Positions 1 to 12,218 of a stretch of DNA of 64,000 nucleotides are shown here, in pieces. The DNA is from Selaginella moellendorffii. Taxonomy: Eukaryota > Plantae > Lycopodiophyta. Numbering within the stretch: the first letter of the stretch is position 1; every line of letters begins with the position of its first letter. The notes below the pieces were generated by a model. The model was not told the origin of the DNA, made no database searches, and worked only from the letters and a program-made list of their open reading frames with translations. The stretch covers positions 524,365 through 588,364 of the forward strand of contig NW_003314319.1 in NCBI RefSeq assembly GCF_000143415.4, written 5' to 3'. The position numbers and the translations under genes were made by a program.

Positions 1-90
1 TACAGGTCTACTAGTGCTTTCTTCTTATGGTCCTCCAAATTCCAGCCTATCAACTAAGGGACTTTTTCTGTCTTCCCATAAATTTTATAA

Positions 91-508
<418 letters not shown>

Positions 509-941
509 CTACTTGCCTAGGTAATATAATAATTTTATATATATATATATATAATTATTTGATAGGGAAATTATATTAATAATGTGTAAATCTTTATTTT
601 GAAATTTTTTTCAGTCTGTAATATTAAAGTCTTTTTTGGTATCATTTTTTTTAGAGATCAAAAATTTTATCAAAATATAGATAATCTAGAAAAAAAACTT
701 TCAGCTCAAATTAGTAGAAAATTTATGTTATAAGAATAAATAACAAAATTTATTAATTTTAATTAAAAAACCCATACTAAGAATTAAATCATTAAAATAG
801 CAATCATTTACATAATATTTAATATGAAGTAAAATTAATTTTATTAAAAATTATTTACTTATATATCAATAATAAAATAAATAATATACATATAAATAAA
901 AATGAAAATTCATAAAGTTATTGCTTCAGCTAGTTACATAT

Positions 942-2130
942 TCAAGCAGCTTGAGATGCAGGTGGAGTGAAATAGATTGTAGGTGGGGACAATGAAAATG
1001 GTGCTTTTGGTTTGGGCCATACAAGCTGTGAAGATTCTGTCAAGAAAAAGCATGTAGTAAAACTGAAAGAAAAAATAAGGATATCTGCATCAAATATCAT
1101 GTCATCCAGAGGTTGATCATACAGCTCCAGAACGTCCTTGAGCTTGGGAGCATCTTCGGCCAAAATAACTGCGAGGAATTTTAGCCAGAGTCAGGGAAAC
1201 TACTACTTACTTCCACTTATAACTCCGGCATCATCGGGGAGAAGCTCTTCGGCAGCTGTCCGGACAGAATCGAGTGAAACCAATCTTTGTTCCTGAGCAA
1301 ACCAAAAAAAATCAATCCACAAAGAAAAAGCATCGGAAAAATAGAAAAGGAGCGTACCTCGTCCATTTCCGATAGCTGCCTTCCCCATTTCAGCATATTA
1401 ACATTCAGCTCGGAGACCTGGAGAGAAACGCCAACGTCTCTCACGAATCCGATGGTTTGCCACAACATACCGCTGTAAGTAGGCTGTTTTTCGGATGAGG
1501 ATCGTAAGGTCCCATGTTTGACGAGTTTATAAACCCCGTCATCCAGCTCGTGAAAGAACGGTATGGCACCTGGACAGTTCTAAAAGAGAAAAACCATAAG
1601 TTTCTACAGAAGGATAGCTAGAACTTGAGCCTCACATCTTCCGTGAAGGAGAGAAGGCAAACTGAATCGAGGTGCCGGGTGTCAGCATGCAAATTCTTGA
1701 GAAGTTGCATCAAGATCACGGTCTCGGCCTGTGGATCAAAGATCTGAATCGAGAAAGAAAAAGAAAAATCTCTACCTCGACCAAATGTAGGCAACAGGTC
1801 GGATAGATTAGAAGAAAGCCAGAGACTTTGTCGAGTTTGCCAGCGATCTTGTGGAGCATTTCCTGGTGATAATCTGCGAAAGAAAGGAGATATATTTGGA
1901 GTGAAAAGAATCTATTCGACTACTTGTCATTCGCTCCTTGTCCGTCTCCTTGACCGCTCTCCCAGCGTACATCATCCGGCTGATCACAAGCTTCTTGACC
2001 TGATTGATCCAAGATTTCCCAGTGGATTCGATCGATTTATAGATGCGATTACCTTGGCATTGAGAGGATTCTCTTCGAGCCGCTGGTCTAGCAAGCTCAC
2101 GCGCGTCATATGCATCACGTAGTCGTCCAT
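942..2130 (-). CDS. TEX47: TEX47/MOT7/DYBLUP-like BLUF-fold axonemal (dynein tether-associated) protein, ~250 aa, ~9 exons
   Basis: Manual splicing gives MDDYVMHMTRVSLLDQRLEENPLNAK|VKKLVISRMMYAGR...|YHQEMLHKIAGKLDKVSGFLLIYPTCCLHLVE|AETVILMQLL...LLSFTED|VPYRSFTSWM...|VSELNVNMLKWG...|...ELLPDD...|APKLKDVLELYDQPLDDMIFDAE|LVWPKP. This matches recalled TEX47 motifs (TGLLLIYPTSILHILE, IPMRLFMQW, MYNKPIHVTLDSEVVWP) in the same order and at similar length. Confidence 0.8.
1028..1084 (-). other. U12-type (minor spliceosome) AT-AC intron, 57 nt
   Basis: 5' site ATATCCTT, branch-point-like TTTCTTGAC 11 nt from the 3' end, terminal AC. Removing it restores the family motif DAELVWP. Confidence 0.85.
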
Positions 2131-2333
2131 GGCGACGGCCTTCAACAATCCTGGAGGGTTCTTGAGCCCCACTCCCTACAGTTGTAACGACAACCAAATC
2201 CAACGGTCTAGATTCAAACAAAAACCGCGAAGGTGATTGTATAAGGTTTGAATTAAATTAAAAGCGAGAGTAACACGTTATTCTTCTACTACTTATCGGT
2301 GTTACTGTGTTCTTCACTGCGAGATCCATCTTT

Positions 2334-2774
2334 TCAGAAAAATCCGCTCCTCTGGTCTGCAAGGAAGAAATCGTTTAGACGCCAAAGTTTCGCACAAAGA
2401 TCAAGGAGAAAAAAAAGAGAACTTGCTTAACTGTAGTGGTGGACCTCATCACCATCGCTGTCGCCAACGAAGAATTCGTCGTCCTCATCGAGCTCGTCCT
2501 GCCGGCGGCGATGCTCGTCGCGGCAGCGGTCGAGGATCTCCTCGTCAATCCGGGCTCTCCTGCCGCGAGAGCTGCTGCGGCACTTGCGACGGTATTCGTC
2601 GGCCATGCTGCAGCACTCCTGCGGGAGAGGAGTGATGCTCTCGCATTTCTGAAGCTGCTGTGCCAGCTCCCGGCACCGCCTCGACGCCGGGGACTGCCTC
2701 CTCGCGTCCGCCACCGCGACGAGCACCAGCAGCAGCAGCGCTGCCACGCCCAAAAGCTTCGCACTGCCGGCCAT
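2334..2774 (-). CDS. Secreted Arg/Glu-rich Cys-rich small protein, prolamin superfamily/2S-albumin-like
   Basis: Signal peptide MAGSAKLLGVAALLLLVLVAVADA, then C-x9-C-x9-CC-x9-C...C and an acidic tail. It stops at 2427 if unspliced, or at 2334 (…HYNQRSGFF) if a short intron ending at 2357 is removed. Probable GC-AG 5'UTR intron ending at 2779. Confidence 0.7.
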
Positions 2775-2879
2775 TCTCCTAAAGAGAAAAACAAAAACCT
2801 CTCGGCTTGGTGAGGAAGAACAGACGAGAACTTGGAGACTTGCCTGCCTGGTGAGGAGAGCTGCGGAACGAGGACGACG

Positions 2880-2930
2880 TTTTATAGTTGATCAACCGGC
2901 AGTTGCATGGGACTTGCATGCATGCAAGTC
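2880..2930 (-). promoter_or_regulatory. TATA box (TATAAAA) plus a 20-bp perfect palindrome containing the RY element CATGCATG
   Basis: gacttgcatgcatgcaagtc at 2911-2930. The minus-strand TATAAAA at ~2886-2880 lies ~110 bp upstream of the ATG at 2774. Confidence 0.55.
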
Positions 2931-5900
2931 GCAGTCCCACCTTGCCATCTGTTTCCAGCAGTACGTAGCCTTGGCAACGACATTGCTCGGAGAGGTGTAG
3001 ACTTTCCAGTTGCAGCGTCTTGTAGGACGGAGGCCGCGGTGGCAGCAGCAGCGATGTCCCCGACGGCACCAACTAGAATTTGAGGAGAGACTACAGCGGC
3101 AATGCCACCGCGACTCCTGAGAGCTCCAGGTGAAATAAAACCTGCTGATGAGAGTCCCCTGAGTTGCGGTGTTTGGTCTAGCCAAGTCACTCGAGCTCTC
3201 CCTGCTGGCGTCTTTTTCAAGGCGGAAAGAACAGGCGGCCTGGCAGCTTCTTCGTGTGGCTTGCCAGCGGCTGTACCCCCAAATTGTTGCTTTTGCGGCT
3301 CTGGTTGTACAGCTGCTGCAGCTTTAGCGCGCGCTTTAGCGGCCTCGTGCTTCTGCATATCATAGATGAGCTCCTTCAAAAGCTGCTTGTCCGCCACCAA
3401 CATTTCCTCGATTTCGTTCTTAAAATCTTTGAGCATTGAGCGCATACAGTCCATCAGTGCACCCAGGAGTGGACTGCTGCTTTTTTCAAGTAGACTGCAC
3501 AGGACACAAACATGTAATAAGAAGGAATCCCTTGAATAGCCTAGCTTACCGCTTCAGCTCTATAAAGATAGGAATCGCATTTTGAACGAGATTTCTTTTG
3601 GCAAGCTGGGTAACAACCTTGCCCTTCACAGCAGCAAAAGTAGCAGCATTCTCCTCTTCGTCAGCTTGTTCTGCCACATTAGAGGATGCTTTGTTACCTC
3701 CGAGCCTCATTTCTTTTAATGCTAATATTTTCAGGGTATCCTGTAAACGATGAGAAGCACCTTAGTGTAAGGAAACTGCTTGCGCACTAACGTACCTCAA
3801 CAACGCATTTTCCAGAAACTGTAGAGATGTCAATCACACCATCAGCGGCACCAGCTAAAACTTCTGCACATAGCTTTGCCGAGGTCGCAAGAAGATGCTC
3901 GGGACTCATTTGCTTTAATAGCGTTGTATAGATGTACATTCTCTTTGAAACCACAGCTTGAGTGCTTCCTCTGTAAGCAGACCGAACATGAGAAAGGTAT
4001 AAAAGAATATTGTGATTACCTGAGAGAGAAAAGATCGCGCTCGCTTTCTGAGGACTGAAGAGCACTACTACCGCTAGACTGTCCTTGGTAATCGTTAAGA
4101 ACAAAAATAGCCTCAACGAAGCTGTTGTATGCCAGCAATGGGGCCTTCGCTGCAAACCATCACAGAAATCAAAATAAAGATAGCAACAAACGGATCTTAC
4201 TTTTGAGAATGTTTCCGAACAGGAAGTCAGCAATTTGACATATTTTGGGAGACTCGTCAACTAACGCAAGAAGAAATCTATGAAACAGCAATCCCCTCCA
4301 TTTGACGTAGTCCCGCTGTTAGCGTAGCATGGTTAAAGGTGATAACTCAGATAACACACAAACCTGAAGTAATCTAGCCAGAAGTACAAACGTTTGCCTT
4401 CGAACAACCTCGCAGCTATCCCGCAAAGACTTTGTTAGTTTCGGAATGTAGCTGCACACCATGCGTTGGCAAACATTAGAAACAATATAGTGTTTACCTT
4501 TCTATAAGTGCTGTATAACGAACACAAAAATCAGTCAAGGTCACCATGATGTTGTTGCGTGTAGCAGCCGATGAAGTACGGTCGAGCTCCTGAAAAACTT
4601 GCTTTGATTAATACCATATCAAGTCTATAAGCCCCCCCCCCTACCTGGACAAAAAGAGGTATGAGACGCTTCGCTAGCTTATCGTCTGCGAGGCAAAGTT
4701 TTCCCAGTGTGAGCCACGTTTGTGTGCTTACAGCAGGATCGCGCAGCAGATTCCCGTCAGTGCTCTCTCCAACGAGTTCTTGCAGAAGCAATGTGATGCT
4801 GCCAGTGTTCCCCGCCGGGCAGACAAGTGCTATAGCTCCAACTGTAAATACGGCAGTTACGATCTGAGAAGAAGGTTCCACCCGTCTCGACTTCCGAGTG
4901 CTTCTTCCGCCAGCAGGCCTTCTTCTGATGCTTATAGGTGTCTGAAAGTTCATATTTTCGCGGTCGAGAGAGACGTAGGCTCTTACGATTGCTTCGGCCT
5001 TCTCAAGCAGCTGCCTTGCCCATTCGGTAACAAGTTCCTCACCTTCATCTTCCGAAGCAGCCTTCCGACGGCAGAGGGTGGTGAGAGCGTTTACGTGTGC
5101 TCCCACTTCCACCGGATGCATATTGAAATCTTCCAAGTGCTTCAAGAGTTCGTCGGCAAGATCCGTAGCCGCGTCTGCTGGAAGCTCGGTGGCGACATTT
5201 GCAATCGTCTGAAGAAGATGCACCCGGCTGGCTGCCGAAGCTGCCGACGTTGAATACTGCCAATGCTTCCGGAGAAAATCCCAGCCAACGACCTTCGGAA
5301 GAAACAGTGATAGCTCCGAGAGTAGAAACCATGCTCCCTGGGCTACAGCTTCAACCCGTCTGCCATCAAAAGACTTCTCCTTCCGTCCCAGATCCTCTGA
5401 TGCAGTAATAATGCTTTGCAACGCCATGACGATACTCGGCCTTAGACCTTTGGTCTTCCCAAGGCGCGCGCAGGCTCGCTTGACGAAAGGTGCAGCATCG
5501 TTCTTTTCGGCAAGGCCACTTAGGAAATGTACCACCCCTGGCGGCACCGACTTCTCTGGTTCGTCTGATTTATCCAGTAGAACGGCTAGTAACCGGTCAT
5601 CCGAGAGCTTCATAACCGATACGGATGATATAGGATCTAGAACCAGCTCCTTGAAGAGTCCGACAGCTTCTTCTTGAATACTTGATTCGTTATCCATAAC
5701 AAGGGGTAAGGCAGACTCCAGCCATTCTTTCACCACCGGCTTGATTTTAGAAAACTTTCGCGTGACCTGCATGTACACACGTAAGAAAACCGCCAAAGAG
5801 AATCGTGAGAGTGAATTACCTCGGCCAACGCACCGAGACCAGCTTTCCGAATGCTTAGCATGGAATCAGAACAAGAAATGCCCATAGCCTGTAACATCTG

Positions 5901-7460
5901 CTCATCAGGAGTCTTTCCCATGACAATCGCTGCCTTGGTCAGGAGAAGAAGGGCTCCCTTTCTTACAGCCGCCTTCTCGTCACAGCATCTTTTACTAATC
6001 AGTGACCCCAAGTCCCCCTTGTGTGCACCTGGACTGAGGAAGGCTGGAGTCGTTTGAGTACGTGTTCCTGGGACGGTGAACAAGTTCTCGCCACCCATGG
6101 CGTGGAACGGCGTATCCCATGAACTTTTCCCATCATCTGAGAGACGGTTCCCAGTCGAAGATCCTAGCCCCGCCAAAAGCTCTTGCAGGTAACTCCGTTG
6201 TCTTACGTGCACCGAAAGATCTTCGATGACATGAGCCAAAGTTACCAACGCTCGTGCTCGGATTGTAGGAGCTTTGTCCGAGCACCGTTGCAGTGTTGCT
6301 TCCAAGCATGCGATTCCCCATCTTGAGCCGTCAGAGCTACTACCACCATTTGCGTCGCCAGCTGCACGCTCGACTTCGGCTGCGTCAACTCCCAGAGGAT
6401 CAGGCAGCTGAAAAAAGAGTGAGCCGCAGAGGTCCAGAGCCAGCAGCCTGTAGCGAGGCTTGCTTCGAGAGAGCTTGGTGACGAACTTTCCAAACTCCTG
6501 CTGCTCCGTAGCGGTTAGATGTTTAACGAAGTGCATGACTGTTTCCACCGCTTGCATCCTGGCATCGGTTTTCTCGGGAGCCTTGAAACATAAATACCTG
6601 GTCAGAGCAACCACTGCAGCTCGGCTATCTCCACACTCCTCCCCCAGCATGGAGTTTGCAACATGCTCAATGGCTGCTGATCGTATCATCAACTTTTGCT
6701 GAGAAGTTCCTCCGGCACGCGTAAGGAGAAGACTCGGCGTCAGAAGCTTCAAAACCAGAATCGCTGTCTCGGGTACGTCCCCATGCTTCGGCTGGAGCAG
6801 ATCTTCCAGCATCGCAAACGTAGTGTGGATCACAGCAGCGCCTGTCACTGCGTGGGGCAGCTCCACGAGAAACTCTACAAGGCTTTTCAGAGCTCCTTGG
6901 TGATCTCTCAAACTTATCACCCGCAAAGCCGCTCGCAGACGAGAGAGCACTGGACCAACTTCTAGCGCACCACTTCGATCATCCTGTGAAGCACCTTCTT
7001 CGTTGCCCTCTTCCACATTTCGTGCTCTCTTCCCTTTCTTCTGGATCTTCTTCCGGCCGCTGCCGGACTCCTCTGGAGCTCCACTGGGCTTGAAAGAGTT
7101 GTGTAGGCAGCGGAGAAGAACTTGAAACGCGAGCGAGCTAAAGACGCTGTATAAGGGGCAGTCCGGAGTGAGAAGAAGACCCAAGTAGACAAATGCCGCC
7201 TCCACGCCAATCCTGCCCGGCGTCTCCATAGTGCCCACAAACCGATCCACTAGCGCGCCCAGCGGCACTTGCCGAGCCGAGAGCTCCTCCCACAAGCTTC
7301 CATGGCTGCTGCCCCTGTCCCCAAACACCGCCGCGAGCCTCTGGACGGCCTCCGCGGACAAACACGCCCTACCGCTGCCGTCGCTGTTGCTGCTCGTGTC
7401 CCGCGCCGCCGATTCCAGCAAAGAAGACGCCTCGCAGCTCGAATCCTCTCCATCTTCCAT
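2882..7460 (-). CDS. CAP-D3: Condensin II complex subunit D3 (HEAT repeats), multi-exon
   Basis: ORFs 5730-7460, 4531-5796 and 2882-3454 plus small exons. Motifs DEKAAVRKGALLLL, LGKLCLADDKLAKRLIPLFVQ, RNNIMVTLTDFCVRYTAL, LRDSCEVVRRQTFVLL, LKDFKNEIEEMLVADKQL. Confidence 0.9.
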
Positions 7461-7513
7461 CTTGATCCAACCCTACCTCGCTAGCTCCTCACACCCTACA
7501 ATTTCAAATTTGC

Positions 7514-7521
7514 GCGGGAAA
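7514..7521 (-). promoter_or_regulatory. Canonical E2F site TTTCCCGC upstream of CAP-D3
   Basis: GCGGGAAA on + strand, ~55 bp upstream of the CAP-D3 ATG, next to TTTGAAAT. This fits a cell-cycle gene. Confidence 0.6.
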
Positions 7522-7608
7522 GCACAGACAAAGTGGATAAGGCCACGTCAGCGTAGGCAGTCAGGGGATCGAACCCACGACCGATACATAGGAGAAGAAC
7601 CAAGCCAA

Positions 7609-7677
7609 GAATATCCCAGGGTTAGGATATGCCAAGGTTCCTCTTTGGATGCATCGGCGTTCGAAGGGAGCATATGC
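7609..7677. promoter_or_regulatory. Cluster of three P1BS (GNATATNC) elements
   Basis: GAATATCC at 7609, GGATATGC at 7625 and GCATATGC at 7670. Confidence 0.65.
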
Positions 7678-8088
7678 CCGAGGTTTTTTCATAGATTCTT
7701 CCAAAGGAGCGCCAAATCTCTGCTAGCGCCCGGGGGCGGCCCCCGGCGTCCAGATCGCCTCTAGGGTTTATTGTTCCAGGTCTGCGACGAATCGGGCGTC
7801 CTTTTGGCCACGGGACGGCGTCGTCGCTGCCCGCGCGGCCGCATTCTCCCCTCAGGTATGTCGCCTCGGCTCCTAGATCGCGCCTAGCGCTTCCTGATCG
7901 GCCGAAATCTAGCCCGGATTCCACAGCTCCCTGTCCGCCTGACCTAAGTCCCTGCCTGCCAATTTCCCTTGTTTCTTAGTGTCCTAGGACGAACGAACGA
8001 CGAAGCACTTAATTTTATTTTTTTTTCTAACTATGACTTTCTTTTCCTTGTTTTTTTTTTTCTTCTTTTTGATTCCTCCCAGGGTCCC

Positions 8089-9420
8089 ATGTACCAGGTG
8101 AAGAAGCTTTCAACAAGTGTAATGCAGCAACCAAGGACCCAAGCTCCACAGACTACCATGGCTACTACTCCCCCGCCGCCGCCACTCCCTCTTCCTCCGC
8201 CACAGGCTCCTCCGCTAGGAAGTCCCGGCGGCGGCGGTGTTGGTGGTGGAGCAAATGGACCCAGCAGCCCCGCCTCCGCTGGTGGCGCTGGGAATTCCGT
8301 CAAGCAGCGTCTTCGCTGGACATCCGAGTTACATGATCGCTTTGTGGAAGCTGTGACGCAGCTGGGTGGTCCAGACAGTAAGTTTTCTTCTCTTTTTTTT
8401 TTCTTCTTTTTCTTTTCTGCTCTTTTTTTTGCATTTTTACTTCTCGTTTTTCCGTGGAATATTACTCATGGCACGCCAACGGTTTTTTTTATGGATTTCC
8501 CATTTTAGGGGCCACCCCGAAAGGAGTGCTGAGGATCATGGGAGTGCACGGGCTGACCATTTATCACGTCAAGAGTCACTTGCAGGTGCGCGAGTGTGCT
8601 CGTGTTTTGCTCCTCTTTTCCTTCATATGGTCTGACTGGAATCTTTGTGTTGCTGTCGCAGAAGTATCGCCTTGCGAAATTTATTCCAGATTCTTCCGGT
8701 GATGGTACGTTATTTGATGCGTGTTTTTATCTTGAGCCTTGGCAACTTATTCTCGTCAATGCAGGCGATGGCGACAAGAAGCTGGATGTGGTACCATGTC
8801 TGGATCCCTCGTCGTAAGTAGTTTTCCATTGTTTGCTCTGGGAGGTATTTATCATCTAAATGTCTGTGCAGAGGCATACAACTCACAGAGGCTTTACGAA
8901 TGCAGATGGAAGTTCAGAAACGGCTACACGAGCAACTCGAGGTAGATGAAAAGCAAAAAATCCGCAAGTTTTTTTTTATGCATGGAGATACTGAAATCTG
9001 GTTCTTTGCCAGGTCCAACGGCAGCTGCAGCTGAGAATCGAAGCCCAGTCCACGTACCTAGCCAAGATCATAGAAGAGCAGCAGAAAATGCGGGGGATGC
9101 TAAAAGGACAACAACCCGGCGTGCAGCAGGACGAAGGCGAGCCAACACTGACAATCGATGGAGTGCCAGAGCTCGGAGGAGCTAAGGAAGATATGGTTGT
9201 TCTGCAAAGTCAATCCGCAGCAGAAACTGACAAAGGCGGCCAGCCGCCCGCGAAGAAACTAAAGCGCGTCGAGTCCGAAGGTCTCAAGCCAGAGGACAAC
9301 GTTGGCGACGAGCCCGGTGCCAACGTCTTGTTAACTTCGGACTCTCTCCCGGACGAGGGCCCGGTTCACGGGCTACAGACATATCCCGATCCCTGCGACT
9401 CATTTCTGAAGGAGAGCTGA
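8089..9420 (+). CDS. MYB-CC (PHR1-like/PHL) transcription factor
   Basis: KQRLRWTSELHDRFVEAVTQLGGPD|RATPKGVLRIMGVHGLTIYHVKSHLQ|KYRL, and coiled coil EALRMQMEVQKRLHEQLE|VQRQLQLRIEAQ. Confidence 0.93.
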
Positions 9421-11608
9421 AGGAGGAGCGACGACACTGTGTCCGCAAAGAAAGCTCGCAGGAGATACTGACTGGGCAACGAGAGTTCCCAAAACAACAC
9501 TAAGGTGACGCTGCAACAATGGCTTCCTGTGTACTTTTAGACGAAGACGAGGAAGGAGACGAAGCAGAAGGAAAGGTGGTGTGGCTGTGTGGCAAGCAAT
9601 ACCTTTTTTGGTGATGGCCTATCGTTTGGTACCTCGGGAGGTACAGCATTTCTTTTTTCTTTTTAATTCGAAGCTTGGGCTGTGCAGCTGCTGTAGCATT
9701 CTTTTATTGTGTATGATTCCAAGGGTGTGCTGGGCTCTCCGCTTTCGTAGTCTGCTCGATAGAGTGATCCGTCGGCCTCGAGCAACAGTAGTGGCAGAGC
9801 AATTGTTGGGGTCAGAAGTGGCTGCTGCGATCAAGATGGGAAAACAGAAAAAGAGGAGAAAAATATAGGGACCTGGAGGGGGAACAGGAAAGCAGGAGGA
9901 GAATTTAAAGTGTAGGGGGTTGTGTACAGGAGGCTAGGGTCACTCGCAGGAACAGAGAAGCCGAGGACAAAATGAAAATCGAGGAAGCAAACGAATAATC
10001 GGTGTCCGTTGCCAAGCTGCAGCAGCTCTCAGAAAGATTTCTTCGTATCAAATCTGCGGGGGATTAAGACTTAAATGCCCAAATGTCTGGTGATGTGGTT
10101 GCTGTCGCCAACACCAACAAGAAAAGAGAAGCGAAGAAGAAGCTCAACACCAACTTCGAGCTCCGTTATAGAAAATTCCACTTCCAAGGGAAGAACGAGG
10201 GAGGAAAATCCATAGCCTGGGTGGGAATGTTTATAGTCAACGGGATCAGTGCAGTGGCCGCGTGCTAATAATCAGGTGGTTTTGCTCTAAGCGAGCGCCA
10301 GAAGTCGAAGATGGCGATTGGGAGTGTGGCTGTCGGTTGGCTTTCTCGAGCTTTTTTTTATCCTGGCTTCTTCGCTAAACAGTGGTGAATCTTCCAGAGG
10401 TGGGAAAAACAACGAGCAGCGTCTTGTCACGGCATCGCGAACGACTGTGAATGATTGAGCGCGACACTGTTTTTGTTGCAAAGCGCCTCCGCGAACAAGA
10501 CACACTGCGAGAGAGAGCCAAGCGAAACTTAACTCTAGAAAAAAGCTAAGCTTTTGGGATCCATCGCCGAGAAGAACACGGATTTGGAGCGGGATTAATT
10601 AGTGGGGTTCGATCGACATTCCCAAACAAATCCAGGCTCTAAGCCAGCCACGTACTATCCACACTAACTTGGGAAACCATTGTTTTCTACTTTTTGCCAT
10701 CGAATAATCAAAGCCACCTACAACGTGGTCCACTTCAACTCACCTTAAAACAATGCAGTGCAATGGCCCAAACAAAGTACTTTGACCACGGCCCTCATGT
10801 TCCGTACGCCACCACCGGAAGGAAACCGACTTTTCATTGCCAAAAGAGCGTCATGTCAATCAACTGGACGTGAGCCAGCCATGAAAACTCTAGGTACACA
10901 CTTCCACACTTCCCTGGTAGCTACAGTACACGAATTCTACAAAAATACAGGGATGTTTTTTTCTTCTCCTTTTTCATTTACCGTCTTTGTTTCTCTCTTA
11001 CATTTCCGTTCCTTTCTGTACATGTATTTTACTTATTGACGAAAGAAAATTCCTCCGGACAGCCACAGTCTATAGGACTTGGATGTTTTCAAGCTTAGGC
11101 CTTACGTCCTCCTGACTGACGATCACTCCCAATCTCCGTACGTAGAAAAGAAAAACCATTTCCATTGCGCAAGTGGCGAGCAAGTTAAACATTCTTGGCC
11201 CCTCTCTCCTCTCCGCCAATCGATCGGCTCGACACGTTTGAAACCTTTTTAAGCTCGCTCAAGTCTAGACCGGACCGAGCTTTCGGCGGTATCAAAACTT
11301 TTCAGGGAGAGGCTCCTCCATGATATCGCCTTTACTCGCTTCTCGGTTCTGTCAACTTATCTCTCTTGCGTTGCGTGTGATCATACGCAACCACGATTGT
11401 ATACAACAATCGATCGGCGCAGCCTATAAAAACACGAAGCTCGCCGGACGGACGCCTGTTGCTCTCAGCGCGTACGAGCTCGTGGGGCCTGGAACGAAGC
11501 TTGAAACCAGTCCGGCATTCTATATATACTGACTATAGCCTGCCGTGGTGGCCAAAACCAAAAAAATTGACACGACAACAGTGTACGGTTGAAAAAAAAA
11601 AAAGAAGA

Positions 11609-11640
<32 letters not shown>

Positions 11641-12218
11641 CTGCAGCACAAAGAAATTTCCCCAAACCTCTCGCTGCTGTCTTTTTACCACTTTGAAAAG
11701 TTTTCCAGCACGGCCCAGGCTATAGCGGAGCTGCAAAATCGATCAATAATTCACGCGAGAGGTTTGCTTCACGCTTAGCCGACTTACTACTTCCAAAGGC
11801 TATCCGTCGAGAGCTATATAGGACTGCTGGCTGGCTGGACCGACACACCACTGCTCAGCGATCTCTTCCCTTCCAATCCAGTTGTTGCAACTTTTATCTG
11901 TCTGTGATCTATCCCTCCCACCATGGATCATAAGTGATCAGTCGGGACCGATTTTTCATCGCCGAGCACTGATGAGCATGCTGCTCCTGCTGCCACTGCC
12001 GACCCTCTGATTGATACAATGAGAGTACTCTGGTTGATGCCCAGAGTACTTTCAGCGCTACTGTCGAGGAGCGACACCCGAAAGAAAAAAAACTTGTGAA
12101 CCATCACCACCATGCACCAACAACAGCCTCTTTCTTGCTTTCGGATCCGCGAGCTGTGCCTTTGTAAAGTCACCGCACTAAGTCCGAGCTCGAGGCAGTA
12201 AAAAGTGAGTAGAGAGTT

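Noticed and set aside
11663-11766. 12-bp inverted repeat (caaacctctcgc/gcgagaggtttg), a possible miRNA hairpin
   Set aside because: Pairing does not extend inward and I recognise no conserved miRNA sequence.
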